64,000 bases of DNA from an uncultured Candidatus Saccharibacteria bacterium (GCA_964495425.1 CAZBVG010000002.1:78570-142569), one strand, 5' to 3'. Shown: positions 38,651 to 50,306, numbered from the stretch's first letter. Numbers and translations: made by a program. Notes: generated from the sequence alone by a model not told the origin.

Positions 38651-39634
38651 TTACCGAGGCTCTCTCGCAAGGGTAATTACGTGATCCAAAAACTCTGGCA
38701 ATGAAGATCCTACCGCATGAAGCGATTTTGGCAAAAGTGACTCAGATGTAAGCCCTGGCAACGTATTTGTCTCCAAGAAAAAGACACCTCGCCGTGGGTG
38801 AATCATAAAATCAGATCGTGAGTAATGTCTAAGTCCAAGTTCGCTATGTATTGCTTGAGCGGCTTCCTGAATGATGCGTTTTGTTTCTGCATCAAAATTC
38901 CCCGGGCAGATTTCCTGACTTTGTCCACCATACTTTGCTTTGTAATCAAAGAATGGAGACTCTTTGTGAGGAATAATTTCAACTGGCATAAGAGCATAGT
39001 GTCGTTCGCCTCTAAAATGATCCAAAACGCCACACGTTGCCTCCCTTCCTTGTATAAATTCCTCAATCATCACTGAATCTGAATGCTCAAATGCATACGT
39101 AAGCGCACTTTCGAGATCATCAAATTTGTGGACCACGGTAACACCAACAGAAGATCCGGCTGTAAGCGGCTTTACGATAGATGGGTGAGGAATTTCACGA
39201 AATATTTGGTGCATTCCCTTCTCTTGAACCTCTTCTCGTGTGAATATTTTATGAAAAGCAAACTTTATTTTATCTTTCAGTCGAGCAAGCGCGTTTTTAG
39301 TCAAATGCTTGTTCATTGCCACAGCCGAAGGAAATGATGCTGAGCCAGTGTATGGGATGCCGATATGTTCGAGAATGCGTTGAATCTTACCGTCCTCACC
39401 ATAGTGTCCATGAAGTGCCACAAACGCCACGTCAACGTGCTTTAAAGCATCAGCAGGTTTACGAGGTATTCCATGAAGGTGCCATGTGCCGTCCCGAGAA
39501 ATAAAGATATCCACACCCTCGTACTTTGAAGGTAGGTGTTTGAGAACACTTTCGCCGGTCTTGAGAGACACATCATACTCCGACGAAGGTCCACCACGAA
39601 GAACTGCCACTTTGATCTTGTGAGTGAATGCCAT
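38651..39634 (-). CDS. ddl: D-alanine--D-alanine ligase
   Basis: GGPSSEYDVSL, HGHYGEDG, GSSVG, ETNTLPG; start set at MAFTH. Confidence 0.95.
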   Translation of the reverse strand: MAFTHKIKVAVLRGGPSSEYDVSLKTGESVLKHLPSKYEGVDIFISRDGTWHLHGIPRKPADALKHVDVAFVALHGHYGEDGKIQRILEHIGIPYTGSASFPSAVAMNKHLTKNALARLKDKIKFAFHKIFTREEVQEKGMHQIFREIPHPSIVKPLTAGSSVGVTVVHKFDDLESALTYAFEHSDSVMIEEFIQGREATCGVLDHFRGERHYALMPVEIIPHKESPFFDYKAKYGGQSQEICPGNFDAETKRIIQEAAQAIHSELGLRHYSRSDFMIHPRRGVFFLETNTLPGLTSESLLPKSLHAVGSSLPEFLDHVITLAREPR

Positions 39635-39686
39635 ACGAATAGTATAACCCATAATCTGGTGAAAAAGTTTCTGTTATACTGGATAT

Positions 39687-39884
39687 ATGAAACTAAAGGC
39701 AGAGCATTTTGATCTTTTAGGGATTATTTCATTCCCTTTTATTCTTGTGTATGCATTGAGCGCGCTAAGCACCGGACAAATACCTGCGGAATGGATGACT
39801 CAGACCTTGATTGTTATAGGTATTGGCGGAATTATTATTGACGGTACTCTGGTGTACCGCTTTTTCTTTAAAAGAAGACGCTAG
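39687..39884 (+). CDS. Small two-TM protein
   Basis: 65 aa, two hydrophobic helices; TGtTATACT 6 nt before ATG. Confidence 0.75.
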   Translation: MKLKAEHFDLLGIISFPFILVYALSALSTGQIPAEWMTQTLIVIGIGGIIIDGTLVYRFFFKRRR

Positions 39885-41140
39885 AGTTTTCGATTTCTCT
39901 TGGTAATAAGCGTATTCATGCGTCGCAGTTTGCGGTGGTAATTGATTGCAAATCGATGTGCCTCGCTATTGGCAAGTAAAATTGCTTTCGAGTGTTTCTC
40001 TACTAGATTAGCAGCGCCCAAAAGACCTTTTGGCTTGTGGCGTTCGTCTTTCACAACAGAGACAAGTGCAATATCTTCATTACGATCAGTAAGTACCTTC
40101 TGAGCAGCATTTCTTTGTGCTTCGCCACCATCAATAACCATAATATCCGGATACTTCCATTCTGGATGATTAAGTCTTCGTTCGAGTATTTCCCTCAAAT
40201 TTGCCACATCGTTATTTCCGGTTTCAGGATTAAGCTTAAATTTACGATATTCACTTTTAGCGAGTTCGCCGTCACAAACCACAGTCATAACACCCACTGT
40301 CTCTTTTCCTGACATATGAGCGACGTCGTACGCCTCAATACGAAAAGCTGTATCAGGGACAATTTCAGCGTCAGAAATTGCCTCCACATCTTCCTTTATA
40401 AGCGCGATGTCCTGAATATGATCTAGGGCAAATAAGCGTCGTTTAGTTTCCTCTGCTTTTTCAAATTTTTTCTCAGCCGCATATGCATTCATTTCTTTTT
40501 CAAGAACGCTTATGAGTTTTTGCTTTTTTCCCTCAAAAAAAAGAATTATATGCTCAATATTTTTTTGATACTCGATGCGTGCTTCTTCTGATGCAGTATC
40601 AGGTGAAAGTCCAAGCTGTCGATAAAATGTTGAGGTGTATTTCGTTGAAGAGTGCTTATCAATGTACGGAAACATCTTTCGTATTATTTTGAGGGCCTCA
40701 CGAAGCGCGGATCCATTCGTGAAAGGGCCGAATATTTTACGAACTTTGAGTTCCTTCTTTTGCTTTTCAACCTCAAGAGTACGACCTCGAATTACAAGTA
40801 TTCGAGGAAATGATTCCCGAGTAATAACAACATAATTGAAACTTCTATCATCTTTTTCCTTAACATTGTAATCAGGCCAATGTTTTTTAATAAGATTCGC
40901 TTCAGCAATCATTGCTTCCAAAACAGAGTCTGTTTCTTTCCATTCAATAGAATCGGCCTTATACACCATATCAACCATGCGCGATCCACGAGTATGTATA
41001 AGATCAATAGAAAAGTAGCTTCGAACACGATCGCGAAGTGAAGTTGCCTTGCCGATATAAAGGATTTTTCCTGCTTGTTTCCAGAAATATACCCCGGGCG
41101 TATCAGGCAATTTGAGTTGTTCAAAAGCTTCAATAGTCAC
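39881..41140 (-). CDS. uvrC: Excinuclease UvrC, compact
   Basis: PGVY..YIGKA..LR.RVRSY, RIEAYD, IDGG, EAHRFA. Confidence 0.93.
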   Translation of the reverse strand: MTIEAFEQLKLPDTPGVYFWKQAGKILYIGKATSLRDRVRSYFSIDLIHTRGSRMVDMVYKADSIEWKETDSVLEAMIAEANLIKKHWPDYNVKEKDDRSFNYVVITRESFPRILVIRGRTLEVEKQKKELKVRKIFGPFTNGSALREALKIIRKMFPYIDKHSSTKYTSTFYRQLGLSPDTASEEARIEYQKNIEHIILFFEGKKQKLISVLEKEMNAYAAEKKFEKAEETKRRLFALDHIQDIALIKEDVEAISDAEIVPDTAFRIEAYDVAHMSGKETVGVMTVVCDGELAKSEYRKFKLNPETGNNDVANLREILERRLNHPEWKYPDIMVIDGGEAQRNAAQKVLTDRNEDIALVSVVKDERHKPKGLLGAANLVEKHSKAILLANSEAHRFAINYHRKLRRMNTLITKRNRKL

Positions 41141-41229
41141 AGCCGCTATATTGACGTTTTTTATGGTGGATGTAAAGTAAAAACGTAACCCCGAACAATA
41201 CTGTTCGTTTCAAACAACCCATATCAACA

Positions 41230-41556
41230 ATGAACCAACCAGGTTATGTAGTGCTTGAAGATGGCACGCGTCGTGAGTTCACTGCTCGTAGCCACAAGAC
41301 GGCCCTCAAGGCGGTCATGCGGCTCCTCGAAATTCGGACACTCACTCGCCAGGCTCTGCGCAAAGTGCGAGCTGTCGCCATCTACTTCGGTCGGAAGGCA
41401 TGCCAGATCTTTCCTTTCCGACAGCACCGGTCGAAGGATTTCCACGCTGACCATATGGCCAATCGTGATCGCTTGCGCATTACGCGCAAAGAAGGACTCG
41501 ACATTGGCCGTCGGCGACACTACGTCGCCTGGCAACCCGCTTATTGCGGCATTTGA
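41230..41556 (+). CDS. Orphan Arg-rich protein
   Basis: TTGACG-16-TAAAGT promoter; terminator AAGAGGCGC/GCGCCTCTT+T-run at about 41565-41591. Confidence 0.6.
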   Translation: MNQPGYVVLEDGTRREFTARSHKTALKAVMRLLEIRTLTRQALRKVRAVAIYFGRKACQIFPFRQHRSKDFHADHMANRDRLRITRKEGLDIGRRRHYVAWQPAYCGI

Positions 41557-41591
41557 TTCATTACAAAGAGGCGCACGGGCGCCTCTTTTTA

Positions 41592-44195
41592 TTACTTCTT
41601 TAACAGTTTTTTGAGGTATTTACCCGTGTGGCTCTTTGCATTCATAGCTACATCTTCAGGAGTGCCTTTTGCAATAATTTGTCCACCTCCTTCACCACCC
41701 TCGGGGCCCATATCAATAATGTAATCAGCACATTTAATAAGGTCGAGATTGTGTTCAATCACAATAACCGTATTTCCGTGATCGACGAGCTTTTGAATGA
41801 TTTCAACAAGCTTTCGCACATCTTCATAATGAAGACCCACTGTCGGTTCATCCAATAGATACACTGTTCTGTGCGTATCTGGTCGGTAAAGTTCAGATGA
41901 TATCTTTACACGCTGCGCTTCACCTCCTGAAAGCGTCGTTGCAGACTGACCGAGCTCAAGATATCCAAGCCCCACATCAGAAAGGGTTCTTAGGCGATCA
42001 TAAATAGCGGGAATATCTTCAAAGAATTTAAGGCCCTCCTCAACAGTCATTTGAAGCACTTCATAGACATTCTTGCCCTTGTATTCGACCTCGAGTGTTT
42101 CCTTTTGGAATCGCTTACCCTGACAAACCTCACACGGTACATAGACTGTTGGCAAGAAATGCATTTCGACAGCAATTTCTCCATTACCCTGACACGCCTC
42201 ACAGCGACCACCTTTTACGTTGAATGAAAAACGATTCGATTTCCAGCCACGAGCACGCGCCTCAGCAGTTTCCGCAAATAAATCTCGCACAAATGACCAC
42301 GCACCCGTGTATGTCATTGGGTTAGATCGTGGGGTTCGTCCAATTGGAGACTGATCAATCAAAATAGTTCGCGAAATGTATTCGGTACCAGTAAATGAAG
42401 AAGCATTGTGTGTATCGTTAGATCGGTGCTTCTTTTCAAGCCGAGCCTGCAGGTTTTTATAAAGAATTTCATACAAGAATGATGATTTTCCAGATCCAGA
42501 AACACCGGTAATTGCAACAAGCTTCCCAAGCGGAATATCTGCATTAAGATTTTTAATATTGAAAATATTACCTCCCTTAATTGAAAGCTTGCCCTTATCT
42601 TGGTTTCGTCGAACATCCGGTACTTCGATTTTGGTTTCTCCACGTAGATATGAAAGCGTAAGCGACCCTGAATCATTTTTCTTTGCCGTAAGAAGCGGCT
42701 CAAGATAATCAGCAACCACAACATTACCTCCATGCACACCTGCACCAGGTCCAATATCAACAATAAAGTCTGACGCAAAAATTGTATCCTCGTCGTGTTC
42801 AACTACAAGAATGGTATTACCCAAATCCCTCAAATTAAGAAGCGTTTTGATCAAGCGATCATTATCTCGCTGATGAAGGCCAATTGTTGGCTCATCAAGC
42901 ACATATAAAGCACCCACAAGGCCCGAACCGAGCTGCGAGGCTAGTCGTATTCGCTGGGCTTCGCCGCCCGATAGTGTGTGCGCACGTCGATCAAGCGTAA
43001 GGTATTCAATACCTACATCGAGCATGAATTTAATTCGTGACTCAATTTCACGTAGCACCGCCTTGGCAATGCTTTTTTCCTTTTCTGAAAGTTTGGTATC
43101 AGCAAAATAATCAAAAGCCTGTGCAATAGACATTCGAGTCACATCCACAATCGATTTTCCGCCGATGAGCACATGCAACGCCTCTTCGCGGAGTCGCGCC
43201 CCCTTACAGGTCTCACACGGTTCATCTCCAAAAATATACTTTGTACCCAAACCATTACACGCAGGACAAGCGCCATACGGTGAATTGAATGAGAAAAGTC
43301 GTGGCTCAACTTCAGGATAGGCATATCCATCGTATGGACACATGAATTTAACTGACATAAGCTTCTCCTCCTTTGGATTTTCAATCTTCAAGAGTCCACC
43401 AGATTCATGAATAGCACGTTCAACAGCCTCTGATAGTCGCTCTCGAACACCCTTTGGATCATTTTTAAATTCGCTGATGAAAAATTCGTCGACAAGAATA
43501 TCAATGTCGTGCTTTTTATTCTTCTCAAGATCAACCCGTTCACGGAGTTTCTTCATCTGACCATCAATTTTTGCATTCTCATAACCCTTACCGAGATAAT
43601 CGTAAAGCATTTGATAGTACTCACCCTTTCTACCAACCACTACAGGTGCAAAAATTTTAATTTTTGCCTTATCAACCGGTACACCCATAATCTTGGTGCC
43701 ATGATCCTCAGTTTTTATTTGATTCACACCGTGAATGATCGTCTCTAGAATTTCTTCGTTCGAAAGGCGCTTAATTTCCCTGTTACAGATCAAGCAATGA
43801 GGATGGCCGACTCGAGCGAAGAGCACGCGGAGGTAATCATAAATCTCAGTAATAGTTGCGACAGTTGAACGAGGATTGTTTGAACGAGATTTTTGATCGA
43901 TAGAAATTGCAGGTGAAAGACCGGCTATTTCATCCACATCTGGCTTCTGCATCTGGCGCAAAAATTGTCGCGCATATGATGAAAGTGATTCAACATAGCG
44001 TCTCTGCCCTTCGGCAAAAATAGTATCGAACGCCAAAGATGACTTTCCTGATCCAGAAAGCCCGGTAAATACCACCATTTTATTCCGGGGCATTTCTACC
44101 GTAATGTTCTTGAGATTGTGGGTTCTGGCACCTTTAACAACCAGGGACTCCGCCCCAGGATTAAAGTCGGCTTTTGAGGTATGTTTCTTGGTCAT
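41592..44195 (-). CDS. uvrA: Excinuclease UvrA
   Basis: Two ABC modules GLSGSGKSS and [17 protein letters not shown] twice, zinc fingers. Confidence 0.98.
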   Translation of the reverse strand: MTKKHTSKADFNPGAESLVVKGARTHNLKNITVEMPRNKMVVFTGLSGSGKSSLAFDTIFAEGQRRYVESLSSYARQFLRQMQKPDVDEIAGLSPAISIDQKSRSNNPRSTVATITEIYDYLRVLFARVGHPHCLICNREIKRLSNEEILETIIHGVNQIKTEDHGTKIMGVPVDKAKIKIFAPVVVGRKGEYYQMLYDYLGKGYENAKIDGQMKKLRERVDLEKNKKHDIDILVDEFFISEFKNDPKGVRERLSEAVERAIHESGGLLKIENPKEEKLMSVKFMCPYDGYAYPEVEPRLFSFNSPYGACPACNGLGTKYIFGDEPCETCKGARLREEALHVLIGGKSIVDVTRMSIAQAFDYFADTKLSEKEKSIAKAVLREIESRIKFMLDVGIEYLTLDRRAHTLSGGEAQRIRLASQLGSGLVGALYVLDEPTIGLHQRDNDRLIKTLLNLRDLGNTILVVEHDEDTIFASDFIVDIGPGAGVHGGNVVVADYLEPLLTAKKNDSGSLTLSYLRGETKIEVPDVRRNQDKGKLSIKGGNIFNIKNLNADIPLGKLVAITGVSGSGKSSFLYEILYKNLQARLEKKHRSNDTHNASSFTGTEYISRTILIDQSPIGRTPRSNPMTYTGAWSFVRDLFAETAEARARGWKSNRFSFNVKGGRCEACQGNGEIAVEMHFLPTVYVPCEVCQGKRFQKETLEVEYKGKNVYEVLQMTVEEGLKFFEDIPAIYDRLRTLSDVGLGYLELGQSATTLSGGEAQRVKISSELYRPDTHRTVYLLDEPTVGLHYEDVRKLVEIIQKLVDHGNTVIVIEHNLDLIKCADYIIDMGPEGGEGGGQIIAKGTPEDVAMNAKSHTGKYLKKLLKK

Positions 44196-44267
44196 GGCCT
44201 TTATATATAAAGGGTTACGCCCCCAGGTTGCTCCTAGGGGTTAGTACCAAAACACTCTAGCACAAAA

Positions 44268-44666
44268 CTACTGCTGTGCCGAGCGTGCCATGTTTTCGAT
44301 CTCAGGAATGATTCCATCAAGACCGATAGTGGCTTTTACAACGAATTTCGTTGCACCGAGATCATGCGCCTTTTCTATCTCCTCTTTTTGGCCTAGATTC
44401 GAGAGCACGAGCACAGGAATTTTGTTTGTCTGAGCATCCGCCTTAATTTTTCTCAGAATTTCAAAACCATCTACATTAGGCATAAGAAGGTCTAACACAA
44501 TCACATTAGGCTTAACCTCTTTGACCTTGTCATAAGCAAGTGCTCCATCAGTAACCTGAATAAGCTGAGCGCTTGTTCCCTCCATCCGCTTCTGAATAAG
44601 TGATACAAGGAACTTATCATCTTCTACCCAGACAATCTTGATACCGTTTAATGTGTTTTGATCCAT
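44268..44666 (-). CDS. Stand-alone response regulator receiver
   Basis: VEDD, LDLLMP..DG, LSN, VK. Confidence 0.9.
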   Translation of the reverse strand: MDQNTLNGIKIVWVEDDKFLVSLIQKRMEGTSAQLIQVTDGALAYDKVKEVKPNVIVLDLLMPNVDGFEILRKIKADAQTNKIPVLVLSNLGQKEEIEKAHDLGATKFVVKATIGLDGIIPEIENMARSAQQ

Positions 44667-44684
44667 ATAGCGATATTATACCAG

Positions 44685-46748
44685 TTATTTTTTTGACTTT
44701 CTTCCTGCTTTCGGCTTTTTTTCCACAGGCTCAATCCCCTCCAATTTGTCATAAAGGGCTTGAATTTCATCACGAAGAATTGCAGCAGTCTCAAAATCAA
44801 GTACCTTTACCGCCTCATTCATTTCCGATTCTTTCTTTTTAATGACAGCCTTTGGATTCTTTGCAAACTCAGTTTCATCAATCTTTAACTGCTCTGCCAC
44901 AGCCTTCTTATGCTCAGTTTGAAGCTGATCGGTAATGTCCTTGATCGCCTTAATGATAGTTTTGGGAGTAATGCCGTGCTTCTTATTAAATGCCTCCTGC
45001 AAAGCTCTACGACGCTGTGTTTCCTTTACCGCCCGATCAATTGAACCAGTCACAGTATCGGCATAAATAATCACTCTTCCTTCTACATTACGCGCTGCGC
45101 GACCAATAATTTGAATAAGTGAGGTCTCAGAACGCAAGAATCCTTCTTTATCTGCATCAAGAATGGCAATGAGAGCCACCTCAGGCAGATCAAGTCCTTC
45201 TCGCAAGAGATTTACACCTACAAGCACATCGAATTCTCCACGTCGAAACTTAGTCAAAATCTCGATTCGTTCAATCGTTTTAATATCACTATGCAGGTAT
45301 TCTGATTTGATGTTTTTTTCCTTGAGATAATCAACCAGATCCTCAGCCATTTTTTTAGTAAGGGTTGTGAGAATAACACGGAAGCCCTGCTTGATGGTCT
45401 TTTCTGCCTCAAGAATAGAATCAGCAATCTGACCCTTAAATTCTCCCTTCTCTACAACTGGTTTAATTTCAATAACCGGATCCAAAAGGCCCGTAGGGCG
45501 AATTACCTGCTCTACAACCTGAGAACTATGCTCTTTTTCGAATGCTCCAGGAGTTGCTGAAGTAAACACTGCCTGACCAATACGCTCTTTAAACTCATCA
45601 AATTGAAGAGGTCTATTGTCGCACGCAGACAGTAGACGAAAACCGTGCTCAACAAGTGTTTTCTTGCGAGATTGGTCGCCTGCAAACATACCTCCTAGTT
45701 GAGGAATGGTGACGTGAGACTCATCGATGATAGTCAGAAAATCTGGTTTGCCATCCTTGGTATGGGGAAAATATGAAAGTAATGAATCTGGCGGCTCACC
45801 TGGCAATTTTCCTGAGAAGTGCCGCGAGTAGTTTTCAATACCATTGCAATACCCAATCTCACGAATCATCGCGAGGTCATAGTTTGTTCGCCGCTTTAGA
45901 CGCTCTGCTTCAAGATTTTTACCCTCTTTTGCTAACTCTTGTAATCGTGATTCGAGTTCGGCCTTAATAGACTTGAATGCACGCTCAACCTGATCTTTAT
46001 CGGTAATAAAGTGCTTTGCAGGAAAAAGATAAAATACATCAAGTGACTTTTGTAGTGCTCGTGTTACCGGATCAATCTGGTCAATGTGATTTACTACGTC
46101 ATTTTCAAAGCTAATACGATAAATCACCTTTTCATTTACCGGCATAACTTCAATCATGTTACCAATTGCTCGAAAAAGTCCCGGTTCAAGGTCAGCATTG
46201 GTTCGTTCGAAATGAATACCGATCATTCGCCTGATCATTTCAGCGCGATCCGCCTTCATTCCTTTCGCCACTTTCATATTCACCTTTTCATAATTCTCAG
46301 GAGAACCGAGACCATAGATACAGGAAACCGAAGCAACGATAATGACATCATCTCGTGTTAGCAATGCCTGAGTTGATGCGTGACGAAGTCGTTCGATCTC
46401 TTCATTGATCATCGACTCTTTTTCAATATAGGTATCCGTGACAGGCATATACGCCTCGGGCTGATAATAATCGTAGTATGAAACAAAGTAATGGACCGCA
46501 TTATGAGGAAAAAATTCTCTGTATTCCTGAGCAAGTTGTGCTGCGAGTGTCTTGTTATGAGCAATCACAAGCGTTGGTTTGCCAATTTGAGCAATTACAT
46601 TTGCGGCGGTAAATGTTTTTCCCGAACCTGTCACACCCAAAAGCGTCTGGTATTTATTTTCAGCTTTAATTCCCTTCACTAGACCTTCTATCGCCTTTGG
46701 TTGGTCTCCTGCGGGCGCGTATTTGGTTTCTATCTTAAATTTACCCAT
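44685..46748 (-). CDS. uvrB: Excinuclease UvrB
   Basis: GVTGSGKT, YYDYYQPEAY, DESH, C-terminal UVR. Confidence 0.98.
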   Translation of the reverse strand: MGKFKIETKYAPAGDQPKAIEGLVKGIKAENKYQTLLGVTGSGKTFTAANVIAQIGKPTLVIAHNKTLAAQLAQEYREFFPHNAVHYFVSYYDYYQPEAYMPVTDTYIEKESMINEEIERLRHASTQALLTRDDVIIVASVSCIYGLGSPENYEKVNMKVAKGMKADRAEMIRRMIGIHFERTNADLEPGLFRAIGNMIEVMPVNEKVIYRISFENDVVNHIDQIDPVTRALQKSLDVFYLFPAKHFITDKDQVERAFKSIKAELESRLQELAKEGKNLEAERLKRRTNYDLAMIREIGYCNGIENYSRHFSGKLPGEPPDSLLSYFPHTKDGKPDFLTIIDESHVTIPQLGGMFAGDQSRKKTLVEHGFRLLSACDNRPLQFDEFKERIGQAVFTSATPGAFEKEHSSQVVEQVIRPTGLLDPVIEIKPVVEKGEFKGQIADSILEAEKTIKQGFRVILTTLTKKMAEDLVDYLKEKNIKSEYLHSDIKTIERIEILTKFRRGEFDVLVGVNLLREGLDLPEVALIAILDADKEGFLRSETSLIQIIGRAARNVEGRVIIYADTVTGSIDRAVKETQRRRALQEAFNKKHGITPKTIIKAIKDITDQLQTEHKKAVAEQLKIDETEFAKNPKAVIKKKESEMNEAVKVLDFETAAILRDEIQALYDKLEGIEPVEKKPKAGRKSKK

Positions 46749-46824
46749 ACTTTATTAGACAATTGCTTCACTATATCGCGAGAGAGAGAAATTAAAAAGC
46801 CCCGCGTTAATGCGGGGCAAAAAA

Positions 46825-47145
46825 TTACGGACCAACCCAACCCAAAGTGAGTGGGGGTAAACTTCCTTCTTCCTGCAAACGCTTTTTTCTAGCCAGTTTT
46901 CCAAACGGAGTAAGGCTATGTTTTTGACGGTTCAGGCGAGCGCGAATCTCACGATTCGCGTCGAATACCTCCTTGGTAACAAATTCCTTCTGATACGTAT
47001 CCCAGTAATATATGACAGGCGCCGCGGCCCCAGATCGCAGCCACAGATTGCGACCGTGCGTGAACATTGACGAATCAATAGTATTCGTATCAATGACTTG
47101 CTCAGGGCGACCTTGCCGCATGACTTTACGAGTATAGAGCAACAT
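46825..47145 (-). CDS. Orphan basic protein downstream of an attenuator
   Basis: Start set at MLLYT after AAGGA; terminator GCCCCGC/GCGGGGC+T-run at about 46795-46818. Confidence 0.6.
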   Translation of the reverse strand: MLLYTRKVMRQGRPEQVIDTNTIDSSMFTHGRNLWLRSGAAAPVIYYWDTYQKEFVTKEVFDANREIRARLNRQKHSLTPFGKLARKKRLQEEGSLPPLTLGWVGP

Positions 47146-47208
47146 AACAATCCTTATCAGTATTTTGTTTGAGGTTGAACTAACGTTGATCCTAACAAAG
47201 AACAAAAC

Positions 47209-47245
47209 AAAACGAGCCCGAACTTTCGTTCAAGGGCTCGTTTTT
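47209..47245 (-). terminator. Attenuator terminator
   Basis: AAAACGAGCCCttGAAC-GAAA-GTTCGGGCTCGTTTT then T-rich tail. Confidence 0.8.
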
Positions 47246-47261
47246 GATTTCGTGATGAGAA

Positions 47262-47354
47262 TTAATATCGCACAAAAACACAAACGGGACCTCGAACAGT
47301 GTTCCAAAGGACTCGCTTAATTAGGTAAGTAATGTGTGCGCACATAGTATTCAT
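47262..47354 (-). CDS. Putative leader peptide, 30 aa, MNTMCAHITYLIKRVLWNTVRGPVCVFVRY
   Basis: Manual translation; follows TTGCAT-16-TATATT; contains a near-copy of the downstream terminator hairpin. Confidence 0.65.
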   Translation of the reverse strand: MNTMCAHITYLIKRVLWNTVRGPVCVFVRY

Positions 47355-47389
47355 TGCTTCATAAATATATCAAAAGGAGTATGAAATGC

Positions 47390-47735
47390 AAAAGAAAGAC
47401 CCGTGGAGCTATGCTTCCTACGGGTCGGATTATCTGAAGTTGAAACCGGGAGGTCTGCTGGGCATCTGTATGAAAACAGATGCCTATGCTACAGAAACAC
47501 TTGTCGAGTCTACGCTGTATCGCTAAATACAACGTGATAGATCGTGTGGGCGTGACATAAGTCCGTAGCCTAGTTAACGATTTCCTATCAAAAAACTCAT
47601 AAGTATTGCAGCTTACTCGTTCGCCTTAGCAGGGCGGACGTGGACCACGAATCGATTGATTGTGGCTCATGGCTACTTCTCCTCAGTTTAATTGAAGCGG
47701 TGGATTTCCCGCCTCGAATGTTCGAAGGAACATCT
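47390..47735 (-). ncRNA. Candidate large structured RNA, about 340 nt, with promoter and terminator
   Basis: TTGCCT-17-TAATCT at 47742-47770; many helices; terminator 47390-47426. Confidence 0.55.
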
Positions 47736-47850
47736 AAAAAAAGATTACCATTTTTCTTGCATCTAGGCAACAAATTTAGTGATGCGCTTTAGTGGAAAAC
47801 GTGGTGATAAGATGTGGATGAAAGTGGATAACTTCCTTAGCTATACCACC

Positions 47851-49056
<1,206 letters not shown>

Positions 49057-49145
49057 CTACACAGACTACCATCAAAAGTACGACATTAATCTTGACAACT
49101 GTAAATATTAATGCAATATAGCATTATAACTGGTCCTTTCCCACA

Positions 49146-49553
49146 TTGAATTACATTCAAATACGCCTTTATAGGGCTCTAACCATAGCTGAAATCGTCC
49201 TCGTGGCGATTAGCTATTTCTCCAAAGACTGGAGATGTGTATCGCTCCTTTGCTTACTTACGTCATTTACGATATGCACCTGCATCGTGAATTTCAGCGG
49301 TAACGCAAAGACTGCTCCTGGATACCTGGAGGCTCTTGATGGAAGCCTTTGTGTTCAGTTTCTGGTTGCAGCATGTGGCGGATTCGGCATTGAATCCTTC
49401 ACTTTCTTTGCAGTCACAACGATGCTTGTACTTTTTGAATGGTACCTCATCGTTCAAATAAAGAACTTCATCATCGACAATAAAAAGCAGATCGCTCCTG
49501 TCGAAATCCCCGTGGCACTACCCCAGGTCGAGCCGACACAACAGGCCGCCTGA
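49146..49553 (+). CDS. Orphan multi-pass membrane protein
   Basis: About four hydrophobic segments; TTGACA upstream; terminator ATCCCCGC/GCGGGGAT+T-run; start uncertain. Confidence 0.6.
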   Translation: MNYIQIRLYRALTIAEIVLVAISYFSKDWRCVSLLCLLTSFTICTCIVNFSGNAKTAPGYLEALDGSLCVQFLVAACGGFGIESFTFFAVTTMLVLFEWYLIVQIKNFIIDNKKQIAPVEIPVALPQVEPTQQAA

Positions 49554-49589
49554 GCGCACAACAATCCCCGCACATTATGCGGGGATTTT

Positions 49590-50306
49590 TTATTCGTTCC
49601 GTAGTTTTGACTTTCTAATAATTTCAATTATTTCATCATCATTGTCCGTGACATGAAAAATTTTTTCATCCTCAGGAGAAATAACTTTGAGCTCGTTTTT
49701 TAAATAGTGTGAAAGGCCGAGAATGTGATCCCAAAATTCTTTACCCACACAGATAACTGGTACCTTTGGAATTTTATTAGTTTGAATAAGAGTGATGATT
49801 TCAAAAAATTCATCCATTGTGCCAAAGCCACCCGGAAAAAAGATATACACTTCAGCAGAGAATGAAAGGGCTACCTTACGAATAAAGAAATAGTAGAAAC
49901 GTACATGACCAGTAAGGTACTGATTCATTTTTTGCTCGTGAGGCAAAATAATATTCATACCAATTGACGTGCCACCCGCTTCATACGCTCCCCTATTTGC
50001 AGCCTCCATGATTCCCCCACCTCCACCAGACACAACAGCGTAACCTGTTTCTCGTACAATTTTACCTGCCAAATTCCGCGCACGGATATAATACGGATGA
50101 TCTTCCGTGAATCGAGCTGAACCAAAAAATGTTACAGAGTGCGGATAACTTCGAAGGAACTTAAACGTGTGCCTAAATTCATTATTTATTGTTGACAGTC
50201 GCTTTCTGGCGCCGCTTCGAAGCGCTTTATAATCAACTTCATGTCGAGTAAGTCGCGGCTCCTTCTCCTCCTCCTTAACGTATTTTTTCCAGAGTTTTCC
50301 TAGCAT
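49590..50306 (-). CDS. LOG family Rossmann-fold protein
   Basis: FGSAR, GGGGGIMEAANRGA, PGGFGTMDE. Confidence 0.92.
   Translation of the reverse strand: MLGKLWKKYVKEEEKEPRLTRHEVDYKALRSGARKRLSTINNEFRHTFKFLRSYPHSVTFFGSARFTEDHPYYIRARNLAGKIVRETGYAVVSGGGGGIMEAANRGAYEAGGTSIGMNIILPHEQKMNQYLTGHVRFYYFFIRKVALSFSAEVYIFFPGGFGTMDEFFEIITLIQTNKIPKVPVICVGKEFWDHILGLSHYLKNELKVISPEDEKIFHVTDNDDEIIEIIRKSKLRNE

Noticed and set aside
41192-41207. LexA box near uvrC (CGAAC-N6-GTTCG)
   Set aside because: Spacer is 6 rather than 4 nt; better explained as a 5' hairpin of the orphan transcript
47390-47735. tmRNA or RNase P identity for the large RNA
   Set aside because: No tRNA-like acceptor or T-arm, no Ala-ending tag frame and no GAGGAAAGTCC motif
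47780-47850. Replication origin
   Set aside because: Only two imperfect DnaA boxes, no dnaA/dnaN, and no switch in gene orientation
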